From: Pavona decussata
Lineage: Eukaryota
Length of the DNA stretch: 64,000 nucleotides
Direction of reading: 5' to 3'
NCBI GenBank assembly: GCA_977016875.1
Contig: CDRNST010000185.1
Span: 558,001-622,000 of the forward strand
In this document: in pieces, positions 11,801 through 23,706 of the stretch
How positions within the stretch are numbered: the first letter of the stretch is position 1
Layout: every line of letters starts with the position of its first letter
The notes under the pieces: generated by a model
The model's database searches: none
Seen by the model: the letters and a program-made list of their open reading frames with translations, nothing else
What the model was told of the DNA's origin: nothing
Position numbers and translations under genes: made by a program

Positions 11801-13730
11801 GATGAATGAATGTATAAATGGTTAATGCGGTTTGGAAATTTTTATGAAGTCATGCCTGGATCATTTTGGTGATCCTTTAAAACATAAAAAAAGATACTTT
11901 TATGGAATACTTCCAAACAAATTGCAATTGAACTTGTGAATTACTTGTACATTATCCTTAAATTCTTTAATTCAATTTATACTTTGATAGCTCAAATTTA
12001 TCGTTTGTGTAACGATTGTATTTCAAAGGTGTTGATCGCGAACTTTCAAACTCTACACTGTATTTCGACGTCATGAAACAGTGAAAGTGAAAATAGCGAA
12101 TATCGAAACTTCTTTAAACATATATTGTACGAAACAAAACTAGAAAAAGCGAAGGGCAAAAACTTCATTACAAAAAACTTCGTAAGATAAAGACGAAACG
12201 AAACGCGGAAAAGACGAATGCCCACACACCCTAAAATGCAACTAATATTTAGACCCGCTTATAAATTTAAGTACACGTAAAAAAAAAAAACGATATGAAT
12301 AATAATTGAACAATAGACAATTAGTTGAGAATGTTTGCTTGCTTGTTCCGAAAGGTGTTTGCTTCTTGCTTTAACCCCCTCGTGAACATTCTCCTCTCCC
12401 TCGATATGCACGAAGTTGCATGTCGGTAAGCTAAGAATAAGTCTCTTTGCAAATAATTAATTAACTGACAGTTTCCCTAATTCATTGTTTTGTCCAGTTC
12501 TAAAGGGCACACTTTCGACACGTTTCGATATAAAACGGTCGGTTGCACTTGAACTTTTGCTACTCATTCACGTCCGCGTTCTCCTGGATAAACTTCACTA
12601 ACTAAGGTCTTTCTAAGAGTCGAGCTATTTGTTTCTTGAGTTAGGCGAGAATAACCATTCTCTAATCCAGTGCTGCTCTCTGGAGCGAGCTGTCCTTCCC
12701 CTCTGTCCATGGAGAAAATTATTCAGTGTCAGCGGCACATCATCATTTGGATCCATGGTTTGATAAGTTTATGGTCTAAAATTAAGTTCATTAAAGCCTC
12801 TGCTCCAGTAAGAGCCGTCATTAGTTCTTCATCGTTGATGTCAGCTGATGGATGGCGTAGATCACTCGTTTGGCTTCTTTTATCATTATTTCATATACTC
12901 CCCCGAAATGAGGTACTAAAGGGGGTTGAAATTCCATTTCGTATGCTGATTCGCCGCTGACTTCTGAATTTTGTCCTTTACAGATTTATATTGTCAGTTC
13001 GCGCAACTCTTTGTCTGCTCCAACAAAATTTCCTCCGTTGTCGGAGAGAGCTCTTTGCGGAAGGCCTTTGCGATTTATCATCCGACAAATTAAAATGCGT
13101 TGAGAAACGAATCAGTATCCATCTCAAATGCGACATCTAAATGCATACTCTTGACAATAAGCAGGTGAATATTTTCTGGGTTTCCCTCTTTCCAGAATCG
13201 TAAATAATGAGCCAGCAAAATCTTCAGTAACGACGGGCTGCTTTTAGAGGTTCCTTCACTATTATCCTTGGTAGAGGCGTCATCAATTGCCAAGCTTGAA
13301 GTCAAATCGGCTAACTTTTGATTTGTTCCGTTAATGCGATGGACTTTCAAATGATAGTTTTTGACAATCAAAGTGGTAAATTAATGTACCCAAGGATGAA
13401 TTATTGGGAAAGGTGTTTCGTGTGGCGGAATGAACTCTGCGTATTTGAGGCGTCCGACAATGCGTAAAATTTCAGATTGAGCAGCTTTGATTTCTTCTAG
13501 AGAAATTTATCCGGCTGTTCGTTCTGCTTTGGGTAAACAGCAGTTATGCAGGAAGCGTTAAACAAACGCATGTTCCCTTGCGAGTCGCATCCACCTCCAA
13601 AATCGACGAGGTTCTAAGCATCAGTCTAATGACCTTTCTTTAGTGACTGCAGTCTCCGTACTTTCTTGACTACCTTAAATTTCAGGTTTGCTGAAACGCC
13701 CTCGTGATCGAATCTCTTTGTCGAAGAAGA

Positions 13731-14849
13731 AGATGTTTTAAAGTGTTGACACGACTCCTGCTAGTGTCGCCCATGTTGAGTACTTGACCTTTAGAGATTG
13801 GCTTTTTTATATCCCTCCCCTTATCTGAGTCAGAGAAGAGGCAAGTGTAAGATTCACATTCTTTATTAGAACTGTTCTCTAATGCTTTTATCATTCCTTT
13901 TACTTTCTCTAGTTTTTTGGTTAACGTCTCGGTAAGCTTTTTTAATGTTCTCATGTGCCTTTTTGGTGTCCTTGGCCGGACGTGAATAATTCTTGATGAG
14001 TCTGGAATCGTTCGTCTTCCTGCCTTTGGAAATGTTTGCTACGTTCTACTCTTCGTTGGTGGAAGCGCGTTAATGCGCCGACTAGTTTTTGTTCTGCGTC
14101 CCTTCGGATGCGGCTCACATCCATTTTAAAATCTTCGTCCGGCGTGATGTTCGCGCGAACGTTGTAGCGTAGCGATTTGGGACATGTTCTCTTCGCGGCG
14201 GCGTGCGCCTCCAATTTGGTGATAGATTCTATTTTTATAATTTGCTTTTCAAAGCTTTAGCGCCGTCATCTTGTCTTGGCCGTTTTCTTCGTTCGCTTCC
14301 TTGCTGTTCTTCGTGGCGACGCTTGACAATCGGCAGACTTTGTCCGCTCTTAGAATCTTCATCGGAGTCGGTGATGCTAATGTTGATGGGCCGGATTCAA
14401 GCATGCCTTCTTCAGTTAGTCTGAGGTTGCTCATTTTCACGTTCTAAAACAATACTGCAGTTTCGATTCTAAAGCGAATCTCTTTGTTAGTGTCTCTGGA
14501 ATGACAGTATTTCAACTGGTACCATTCCGTGCTTGATCTTGTTCTTGCCGTTTTTATAGGCGTTGTGAGGATCGAAAATTCTCGCTTGCTATTGGTTCTT
14601 TTGGTTGACCAATAGCTAGTATGATGCTTTGATCCACACAGAGTTGTGTTTCTTCTGAAGTTCTTTTTGCTGTTTTTTGGAGTTGTGAGGTCTCAGTCTC
14701 GTATAATGAAGTATTATAGGAACAGCATTCATGCAGCTGAAATAGCTCGCTATTCCTTTTTCTTTGCTGTGGTCTAGTAATTCTTGTACATGTTGATAAG
14801 TGGTGCTATAGGACGAAGCAGCACGGAGCTCTGCCTAAATATATCGCAG
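13731..14849 (-). mobile_element. Internally deleted (RT-less) unit of the Penelope-like tandem array
   Basis: It keeps the 5' region, the N-terminal ORF part and the 3' tail. The N-terminal part (...DIKK) joins directly to the ORF end at ~13800. Confidence 0.85.
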
Positions 14850-17800
14850 AGATGTTTTAAAGTGTTGACAGGCCTAACACCACTCCTGCTGGTGTCGCCC
14901 ATGTTGAGTACTTGACCCTTAGAGTTTGGCTCTTACAAGTATGCCTTTTAAACATTTTCCTCTCTGGTAGGATACAATCGGTGGATCCTGATAAATTTCT
15001 TTCAGCAGAGGTTGATTCTCGATTAAATGTCATTTGCTCATTAAGTTTTTTTTTAAGTTTGGCACTGATGGATTGTATTGTGTGGCAAAGGGAAAATATT
15101 TTCTTGCGCATTTTCTGTTTCTGACGAAGAGCCGATTTCCTGTCTTTAAATTGAACATCTGCGAGGACTTTATTGACCAGAAGATCTGCGTAGCCTCGTA
15201 CACGCAAACGTGATTTAAAATCTTTTATATTTTCTTCAAAAAGACTTTTGGAAGAACTGGTTCTTAAAAGTCTGAGGGCTTCGCGCTTGATAAAACCTTT
15301 CCTGATGCTAAGGGCGTGGCAGGAAGAAAAATGCGTGTATTGGAACGTCTCAGTTGGTTTGAAATGCGTTTTAATGTCAAAGACGTAGTCTTTGTTGAAT
15401 CTTTCGCCTTTGAATACTGTTGTGTCTAGAAAGTTTATTTATTTCTATGATACTTCAGCTGTGAACTTGATGGTTGTTTGGTGCCTGTTTGCGTCTAAAA
15501 TGAAAAGATCTATCTCCTCTCTTTTAGTGTCCCACAAAGAGAACACGTCATCGATGTATCTTTTCCACTCGAGTGGTTTCTTACTGCTCTTGTTGATTAT
15601 TTCTGTCTCTACTGCAGACATAAAGATGTTTGCGAAGGCAACCGCCATTTTCGTGCCCATTGCGGCTCCATGTGTTTGGAGATAGTTCCTCCCATTAAAT
15701 TGGAAGGAGTTCTCCTGAAGTATAAGTCTAAGTAGTTCTCTAAGAGAGTGTGTTGGTATCGGAGTGTCTTTTTTATAGAATGTTTCGTATGCCTTACATA
15801 CAGTGTCTATTCCTTCTTCCTGTGGGATGTTGGTGTACAGCCTAGTGACATCCATTGACACTAGAATTGTATTCTCTGGGACTTTAGTCCTCTCTATAAA
15901 ATTAATGAAGTCTGTCGTATCTTTAATGTGCGATTTCTGTGTTTTTGCTATAGGCTGAAGAATGTTGTCTATAAATGATGATATTCGTTCTTTAGGGCTA
16001 TCACATCCCGAGATTATCGGTCTACCGACCGGGTTTTTCTTGTGAATCTTTGTTAGTGTGTAAAACACTGGTATGCGAGGTTGGTAAGGTGTCTGAGGAA
16101 GCCATTTTGTGGTCATTTCGTCTATATGATGTCCACCTTGTAGGTCTTTGATAATATTTTGTAGTCTTTGGAATGTGTCTTTGACCATTGGTGCTTCTAG
16201 GGGCAAATAGTTATTTCTGCCATCGAGTTTTATAAGGCCCTCTTGTATCTTATCTTGTTTGTTGATAATGACCGTTGTTGTGCCTTTGTCTGCCTTCTTA
16301 ATGTTTATTTCAGAGTTTGTTCTCGACTCTCTAATAGCTTTACGCTCGTTGTACGACAGGTTAGGCTTTGGCTTTATAAGTTTAATCTTAGCGAGTTCTG
16401 TTTTAACTTCTTCTAGGAAAGTTTCTAGGGCAACTGATCTTTGAACTGACGGTTCCCAGTTGGATTGAACGTAGAACAGATGTGGTTCACTACTCTGCCG
16501 TGAAATATGTACTGGAGACGCATTCTTCTCGCGAATTGCTTAAAATCTAGTAGCAGTTGTTGCTTTACGCGTTTTTCTTCTATAATCGGCGTAGAGATGA
16601 ATTTCAGTCCCTTTGCTAGTAGATTTGTCTGATCAGTTGTCATTTTGTACTCTGAAAAGTTTTTGATGTGCTTCTGATTAGCGTCTGTTGATTTTCTAAT
16701 TTGATCTCGTCTAACGTGTTTTCTTCTCTCGCTATGTTTTTTGTTTCTAAATTTTCAGTTTTTTATATCACTCCCCTTACCTGAGTCAGAGAAGAGAAAA
16801 GTGTAAGATTCATATTCTTTATTAGAACTGCTCTCTAATGCTTTTATCATTCCATTTACTTTCTCTAGTTTTTGGGTTAACGTCTCGGTAAGCTTTTTAA
16901 TGTTCTCATGTGCCTTCTTGGTATCCTTGGCCGGACGTGAATAATTCTTGATGAGTCTGGAATCGTTTGTCTTTCTGCCTTTGGAAATGGTTGCTCTCTG
17001 CTCTGTTTTTCTGAGCTTAATCGTATTACGTTCTACTCTTCGTTGGTGGACGCGCCCTTGTTCTGCGTCCCTTCGGATGCGGCTCACTTCCATTTTAAAA
17101 TCTTCATCCGGCGCGATGTCTGCGCGAACGTTGTAGCGTAGCGACTAGGGACATGTTCACTTCTCGGCGTGCACCTCCAATTTGGTGATAGATTCTTTCG
17201 ATTCTTTTTTTAATTTGCTTTCCAAAGCTTTAGCGCTGTCATCTTGTCTTGGCCGTTTTCTTCGTTCGCTTCCTTGCTGTTCTTCGTGGCGACGCTTGAC
17301 AATCGGCAGACTTTGTCCGCTCTTAGAATCTTCATCGGAGTCGGCTAACAGCGACTTTTCCTCTTCGGCGTTTATGTCGTTAGTGTCAGGTAGCTCGGCC
17401 TCGCCTGATGTTGATGGGCCGGATTCAAGCATGCCTTCTTCAGTTAGTCTGAGGTTGCTCATTTTCACGTTCTAAAACAATACTGCAGTTTCGATTCTAA
17501 AGCGAATCTCTTCCGTTGTTGCTTTGTTAGTGTCTGTGGAATGACAGTATTTCAACTGGTACCATTCCGTGGTTGATCTTGTTCTTGCCGTTTCTATAGG
17601 CGTTGTGAGGATCGAAAATTCTCGCTTGCTATTGGTTCTTTTGGTTGACCAATAGCTAGTATGACGCTTTGATCCACACAGAGTTGTGTTTCTTCTGAAG
17701 TTCTTTTTGCTGTTTTTTGGAGTTGTGAGGTCTCAGTCTCGTATAATGAAGTATTATAGGAACAGCATTCATGCAGCTGAAATAGCTCGCTATTCCTTTT

Positions 17801-17889
17801 TCTTTGCTGTGATCTAGTAATTCTTGTACATGTTGATAATTGGTGCTATAGGACGAAGCAGAACGGAGCTCTGCCTAAATATATCGCAA
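14850..17889 (-). mobile_element. Penelope-like retroelement unit (3.04 kb): RT, no GIY-YIG; ORF disrupted
   Basis: NFS..LLAKGLKF, KADKG, KIHK..PVGRPIISG, MDVTRLYTNIP, GAAMGTKMA and RYIDD motifs. The ancestral ORF ran ~17462-14920. Confidence 0.92.
17476..17520 (-). ncRNA. Hammerhead-like motif (U4 to G core variant) just 5' of the element ATG
   Basis: aacaa CGGAAGA gauuc gcuuua gaauc GAAA cugcag UA uuguu, with perfect stems I and II. Confidence 0.6.
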
Positions 17890-20858
17890 AGATGTTTTAA
17901 ATTGTTGACAGGCCTAACACCACTCCTGCTGGTGTCGCCCATGTTGAGTACTTGACCTTTAGAGTTTGGCTCTTACGAGAATGCGTTTTAAAGATTTTCC
18001 TCTCTTGTAGGATACAATCGGTGGATTCTGATAAATTTCTTTCAGCAGAGGTTGATTCTCGATTAAATGCCATTTGCTCATTAAGATTTTTTTTAAGTTT
18101 GGCACTGATGGATTGTATTGTGTGACAAAGGGCAATATTTTCTTGCGCATTTTCGGTTTCTGACGAAGAGCCGATTTTCTGTCTTTAAATTGAACATATG
18201 CGAGGACTTTATTGACCAAAAGATCTAGGTAGCCTCGTGCACGCAAACGTGATTTAAAATCTTTTATATTTTCTTCAAAAAGACTTTTAGAAGAGTTGTT
18301 TTTTAAAAGTCTGAGGGCTTCGCGCTTGATAAAACCTTTCCTGATGCTAAGGGCGTGGCAGGAAGAAAAATGCGTGTATTGGAACGTCTCAGTTGGTTTG
18401 AAATGCGTTTTAATGTCAAAGACGTAGTCTTTGTTGAATCTTTCGCCTTTGAATACTGTTGTGTCTAGAAAGTTTATTTATTTCTATGATACTTCAGCTG
18501 TGAACTTGATGGTTGTTTGGTGCCTGTTTGCGTCTAAAATGAAAAGATCTATCTCCTCTCTTTTAGTGTCCCACAAAGAGAACACGTCATCGATGTATCT
18601 TTTCCACTCGAGTGGTTTCTTACTGCTCTTGTTGATTATTTCTGTCTCTACTGCAGACATAAAGATGTTTGCGAAGGCAACCGCCATTTTCGTGCCCATT
18701 GCGGCTCCATGTGTTTGGAGATAGTTCCTCCCATTAAATTGGAAGGAGTTCTCCTGAAGTATAAGTCTAAGTAGTTCTCTAAGAGAGTGTGTTGGTATCG
18801 GGGTGTCTTTTTTATAGAATGTTTCGTATGCCTTACATACAGTGTCTATTCCTTCTTCCTGTGGGATGTTGGTGTACAGCCTAGTGACATCCATTGACAC
18901 TAGAATTGTAATCTCTGGGACTTTAGTCCTCTCTATAAAATTAATGAAGTCTGTCGTATCTTTAATGTGCGATTTCTGTGTTTTTGCTATAGGCTGAAGA
19001 ATGTTGTCTATAAATGATGATAATCGTTCTTTAGGGCCATCACATCCCGAGATTATCGGTCTACCGACCGGGTTTTTCTTGTGAATCTTTGTTAGTGTGT
19101 AAAACACTGGTATGCGAGGTTGGTAAGGTGTCTGAGAAAGCCATTTTGTGGTCATTTGGTCTATATGATCTCCACGATGTAGGTCTTTGATAATATTTTG
19201 TAGTCTTTGGAATGTGTCTTTGACCATTGGTGCTTCTAGTGGCAAATAGGTATTTCTGTCATCGAGTTGTATAAGTCCCTGTTGTATCTTATCTTGTTTG
19301 TTCATAATGACCGTTGTTGTGCCTTTGTCTGCCTTCTTAATGTTTATTTCAGAGTTCGTTCTCAACTCTCTAATATCTTTACGCTCGTTGTACGACAGGT
19401 TAGGCTTGGCTTTATAAGTTTAATCTCAGCGAGTTCTGTTTTAACTTCTTATAGGAAAGTTTCTAGGGCAATTGATCTTTAAACTGACGGTTCCCAGTTG
19501 GATTGAACGTAGAACAGATGTGGTTCACTATCTCTGCCGTGAAATATGTACTGAAGACGCATTCTTCTCGCGAATTGCTTAAAATCTAGTAGCAGTTGTT
19601 GCTTTACGCGTTTTTCTTCTATAATCGGCGTAGAGATGAATTTCAGTCCCTTTGCTAGTAGATTTGTCTGATCAGTTGTCATTTTGTACTCTGAAAAGTT
19701 TTTGATGTGCTTCTGATTAGCGTCTGTTGATTTTCTAATTTGATCTCGTCTAACGTGTTTTCTTCTCTCGCTATGTTTTTTGTTTCTAAATTTTCAGTTT
19801 TTTATATCACTCCCCTTACCTGAGTCAGAGAAGAGGCAAGTGTAAGATTCATATTCTTTATTAGAACTGCTCTCTAATGCTTTTATCGTTCCATTTACTT
19901 TCTCTAGTTTTTGGGTTAACGTCTTGGTAAGCTTTTTAATGTTCTCATGTGCCTTCTTGGTGTCCCTGGCCGGACGTGAATAATTCTTGATGAGTCTGGA
20001 ATCGTTTGTCTTTCTGCCTTTGGAAACGTTTGCTCTCTGCTCTGTTTTTCTAAGCTTAATCGTATTACGTTCTACTCTTCGTTGGTGGACGCGCCCTTGT
20101 TCTGCGTCCCTTCGGATGCGCCTCACTTCCATTTTAAAATCTTCGTCCGGCGTGAAGTTCGCGCGAACGTTGTAGCGTAGCGACTAGGGACATGTTCACT
20201 TCTCGGCGTGCGCCTCCAATTTGGTGATAGATTCTTTCGATTCTTTTTTTAATTTGCTTTCCAAAGCTTTAGCGCTGTCATCTTGTCTTGGCCGTTTTCT
20301 TCGTTCGCTTCCTTGCTGTTCTTCGTGGCGACGCTTGACAGTCGGCCAACTTTGTCCGCTCTTAGAATCTTCATCGGAGTCGGCTAACAGCGACTTTTCC
20401 TCTTCGGCGTTTATGTCGTTAGTGTCAGGTAGCTCGGCCTCGCCTGATGTTGATGGGCCGGATTCAAGCATGCCCTCTTCAGTTAGTCTGTGGTTGCTCA
20501 TTTTCACGTTTTAAAACAATACTGCAGTTTCGATTCTAAAGCGAATCTCTTCCGTTGTTGCTTTGTTAGTGTCTGTGGAATGACAGTATTTCAACTGGTG
20601 CCCTTCCGTGGTTGATCTTGTTCTGGCCGTTTTTATAGGCGTTGTGAGGATCGAAAATTCTGGCTTGCTATTTGTTCTTTTGGTTGACCAATAGCTAGTA
20701 TGACACTTTGATCCACACAGAGTTGTGTTTCCTTTGAAGGTTTTTTTTGCTTTTTTTTGGAGTTGTGAGGTCTCATTCTTGTATAATGAAGTATTATAGG
20801 AACAGCATTTATGCAGCTGAAATAGCTCGCTATTCGTTTTTCTTTGCTGTGGTCTAGT
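17890..20858 (-). mobile_element. Second full-length Penelope-like unit, running into the assembly gap
   Basis: Colinear with 14850-17889 at a ~3039-bp offset. RT ORF 18484-19365; C-terminus SYKRGKSLKRILVRAKL-stop at 17959. Confidence 0.92.
20515..20559 (-). ncRNA. Hammerhead-like motif, same sequence in the next unit
   Basis: Identical to 17476-17520. Confidence 0.6.
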
Positions 20859-21755
20859 NNNNNNNNNNNNNNNNNNNNNNNNNNNNNNNNNNNNNNNNNN
20901 NNNNNNNNNNNNNNNNNNNNNNNNNNNNNNNNNNNNNNNNNNNNNNNNNNNNNNNNNNNNNNNNNNNNNNNNNNNNNNNNNNNNNNNNNNNNNNNNNNNN
21001 NNNNNNNNNNNNNNNNNNNNNNNNNNNNNNNNNNNNNNNNNNNNNNNNNNNNNNNNNNNNNNNNNNNNNNNNNNNNNNNNNNNNNNNNNNNNNNNNNNNN
21101 NNNNNNNNNNNNNNNNNNNNNNNNNNNNNNNNNNNNNNNNNNNNNNNNNNNNNNNNNNNNNNNNNNNNNNNNNNNNNNNNNNNNNNNNNNNNNNNNNNNN
21201 NNNNNNNNNNNNNNNNNNNNNNNNNNNNNNNNNNNNNNNNNNNNNNNNNNNNNNNNNNNNNNNNNNNNNNNNNNNNNNNNNNNNNNNNNNNNNNNNNNNN
21301 NNNNNNNNNNNNNNNNNNNNNNNNNNNNNNNNNNNNNNNNNNNNNNNNNNNNNNNNNNNNNNNNNNNNNNNNNNNNNNNNNNNNNNNNNNNNNNNNNNNN
21401 NNNNNNNNNNNNNNNNNNNNNNNNNNTTTTCTGGCCACTCAGTTTTCTTAAAAGAATTTTGGGCCTTGCCACCAGGTCTCATAATTGGCCAGCTCGGTTG
21501 CTGTCATACTTCTAGTTGGAAAATCGGCAGGATTTTCGTCCGTTGGGATACACATGCACTGTTCAGATCTAGACGCTTGAATTTCGGCAACCTGTTAGCA
21601 ACGAATGGCTTAAATCTTCGACTAGGATTGGGATCTCATTCGACACGACTAGAAAATTTAGAAGCCACTTTCGAGCATGCATTTCAGCTCCATGACACAG
21701 TTGTTTAACTGCTTGTAAAGTTCAATTCCTTGATCATCATTAGGCATCGAGTGCA

Positions 21756-22121
21756 GGCTTTCTTTTCGCACTTGCTTGAGTTGCGTATATAACTGCGATG
21801 ATCATTCACTTATTCATTCTCTCTTCTGCAGTTTAAAAACTTGAATGTTTATATATTCACTTTCATCTCATCAACGCAACTCTACGGGTATATTACAAAT
21901 TTATAACATGACTAGCTTCCAATTGGCTTGATAGCTCAATTGGTAGAACACTACAACAGTATCGCAGAGGTCATGGGCTCGAATCCCGTCCAAGCTTGAA
22001 TTTTTTTCAGGCTTTCATTTCGAAACTTTTTAAGTTGCGTATAAAACTGGGATGATCATTTACTTATTTATTCTTTCTTCCGCAGTTTAAATATATGAAT
22101 TTTCATATATTCACGTTCATC
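21756..22121 (+). mobile_element. tRNA-derived repeat flanked by ~115-bp direct repeats
   Basis: tRNA-like ggcttgatagctcaattggtagaaca...gggctcgaatcccgtccaagct (21925-21996) followed by a T-run. Direct repeats at ~21756-21868 and ~22009-22121. Confidence 0.7.
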
Positions 22122-22278
22122 TGATTCAAAGGTGCTTAACGATTATGGGTGAAACAAGGATTTTAATAAGGGCATTGTTTAACGTGTCCACAGCTGTTAC
22201 CCTTTGCACATTACCGGAACTCTTCTGTATGTAAAGGCAATGAATGTTACACTGGTATCATAAACTAAACTGACTCAC

Positions 22279-22521
22279 TTTGTACAAACACGTTGACGCT
22301 TCTATTGGCAGCATTTCCAACACCATTATTAGCAGTGCATTTGTAGACTCCTTCATCCTGTTTACCACTGATGGTCAAAGGAAACGTTACAACACTGTTA
22401 TCAGAAACTCGCGTCCAGACGATCTTTGGAGTTGGATCGCCATAAGCTGTACACTTGAGTGTCAAAATATCCCCTTCATTCTTTGTCTGATTACTAGAAA
22501 TGTCTGTAATCTCTGGTGGAT
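22279..22521 (-). CDS. Gene A exon: I-set Ig-like domain
   Basis: ctatag|DPPEI...LKCTAYGDPTPKIVW...DEGVYKCTANNGVG...VQ|gtgagt; 243 bp, phase 1-1. Confidence 0.88.
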
Positions 22522-22603
22522 CTATAGCAAAATTAACAATGAGAGAACGTAAAATAAAAAAGAAAATTAACAATTGCCGTCGTGTATCCAGTTCTCTACC
22601 CAC

Positions 22604-22732
22604 CTGTACAAGAGGTGCGTTCAATCTCAGCCGCTATTCTATCCAGTAAGTTCTTCACGCGTTCCTGTTCTTTCTTGTCCTCTTCCTTCTGTTTTTTGAT
22701 CTCATCAATGACTTTCGTTTCCTCAGGGGAAG
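22604..22732 (-). CDS. Gene A exon: coiled-coil segment
   Basis: ctttcag|SPEETKVIDEIKKQKEEDKKEQERVKNLLDRIAAEIERTSCT|gtgggt; 129 bp, phase 1-1, conserved in the copy at 58979. Confidence 0.8.
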
Positions 22733-22805
22733 CTGAAAGCAAATTGTTTAGTAACCAACTGTAAATGAAATATCCATCACCAGCAGAATTATTTTATAAG
22801 ACAGA

Positions 22806-22807
<2 letters not shown>

Positions 22808-22889
<82 letters not shown>
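22808..22889. repeat. (TTA)n microsatellite
   Basis: Direct reading. Confidence 0.95.
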
Positions 22890-23706
22890 GATCACCACAA
22901 CTTTCCCCTTTGTGATTAGACTCCACTTTGTAAAGTGCGTTTTCGTGAAATAATATCCTACGCAGGTTTGAAAAGCACAAGTCGGATACATATTATCCAC
23001 AACAAAGGGAATTTTTGTTATCCCGCGTGATAAGAATTCGTGCACTTTTGGGTCATTTCGGGGAGACATCGCGGTGATGGTTGCACCAAAGACCTGATGA
23101 TGACACAAAATTGATGACACTGCCTTGGTCTAAAACTATTAATTTGAGAGAAAAGCATTAAGAATAAGACACAATCAGTATGTAGCAGCCGTGTAATGTG
23201 GACTTATTTAGAACACTTGGCATTTAGAAATTGAAATCAACAAATTGCATTTTGTTATGTTTTTCTATTTGTCCGATTCCCTTGCTTAATCCTTCTTCTT
23301 CGACCAAACGTAGATGAGCAGGTTTTAGAAATCATCGAGGATGCATCAAAAATCTGAATGCTACACTGTGTGTCCTTTCGCGAAGACATCGCGGTGCTGG
23401 TTGGACCAAAGACCCCTCAGCAGCACGGCCTGCACACTGGCAACGAATTAAGAGCTTCAAACGGCCGTCATGCTGCTTCAACCTGAGGCCGGGGAACCGA
23501 GCTCAAATCCGGCAGCTTCTTCGTCCTGTGATTTGGTTTTTAGCAAAACCACGCACTTGTAGTGTCCGAGCAGGCTTGCTCAAGGGTGCAGAAATATTAA
23601 TATGATCAGCAGAACACAAAAAGGGCACGATAAATTTATACAAAACGTTTTTCCTCTAAAACTAAAGGTTTCCCATCTTGGTTAGGTTTTGGAAACAGTT
23701 CGTCCC

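Larger units (their letters stand above)
12126..21750 (-). mobile_element. BEL/Pao LTR retrotransposon relic (RNase H to integrase, PPT, 3' LTR), split by the Penelope array
   Basis: RRFKPFVANR, ENPAD and WWQGP remnants at 21430-21650. [18 protein letters not shown] and [10 protein letters not shown] (integrase) at ~13020-13150. PPT GAGGGAGAGGAGAA (12389-12402) precedes the TG..CA LTR at ~12126-12388. Confidence 0.8.

Noticed and set aside
14700-14850. Plus-strand hammerhead-like patterns (ggacgaagcag...ctgcctaaa; ggaacagc...gctgaaa)
   Set aside because: The CUGA core is missing and the orientation is antisense to the element.
15410-15450. Recoded stop codons (selenocysteine-like) in the Penelope ORF
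   Set aside because: The stops here are TAG and TAA, and frameshifts occur elsewhere in the ORF, consistent with decay.
20511-21515. Long ORFs spanning the N run
   Set aside because: Artefacts of the assembly gap. The same applies to 60676-60931.
21925-21996. tRNA gene
   Set aside because: The D and anticodon arms pair poorly and it is embedded in a repeat, so it is treated as tRNA-derived.
22765-23120. Poly-Leu and poly-Asn ORFs (also 58568-58963, 62578-62997, 25038-25250)
   Set aside because: Translations of microsatellites.
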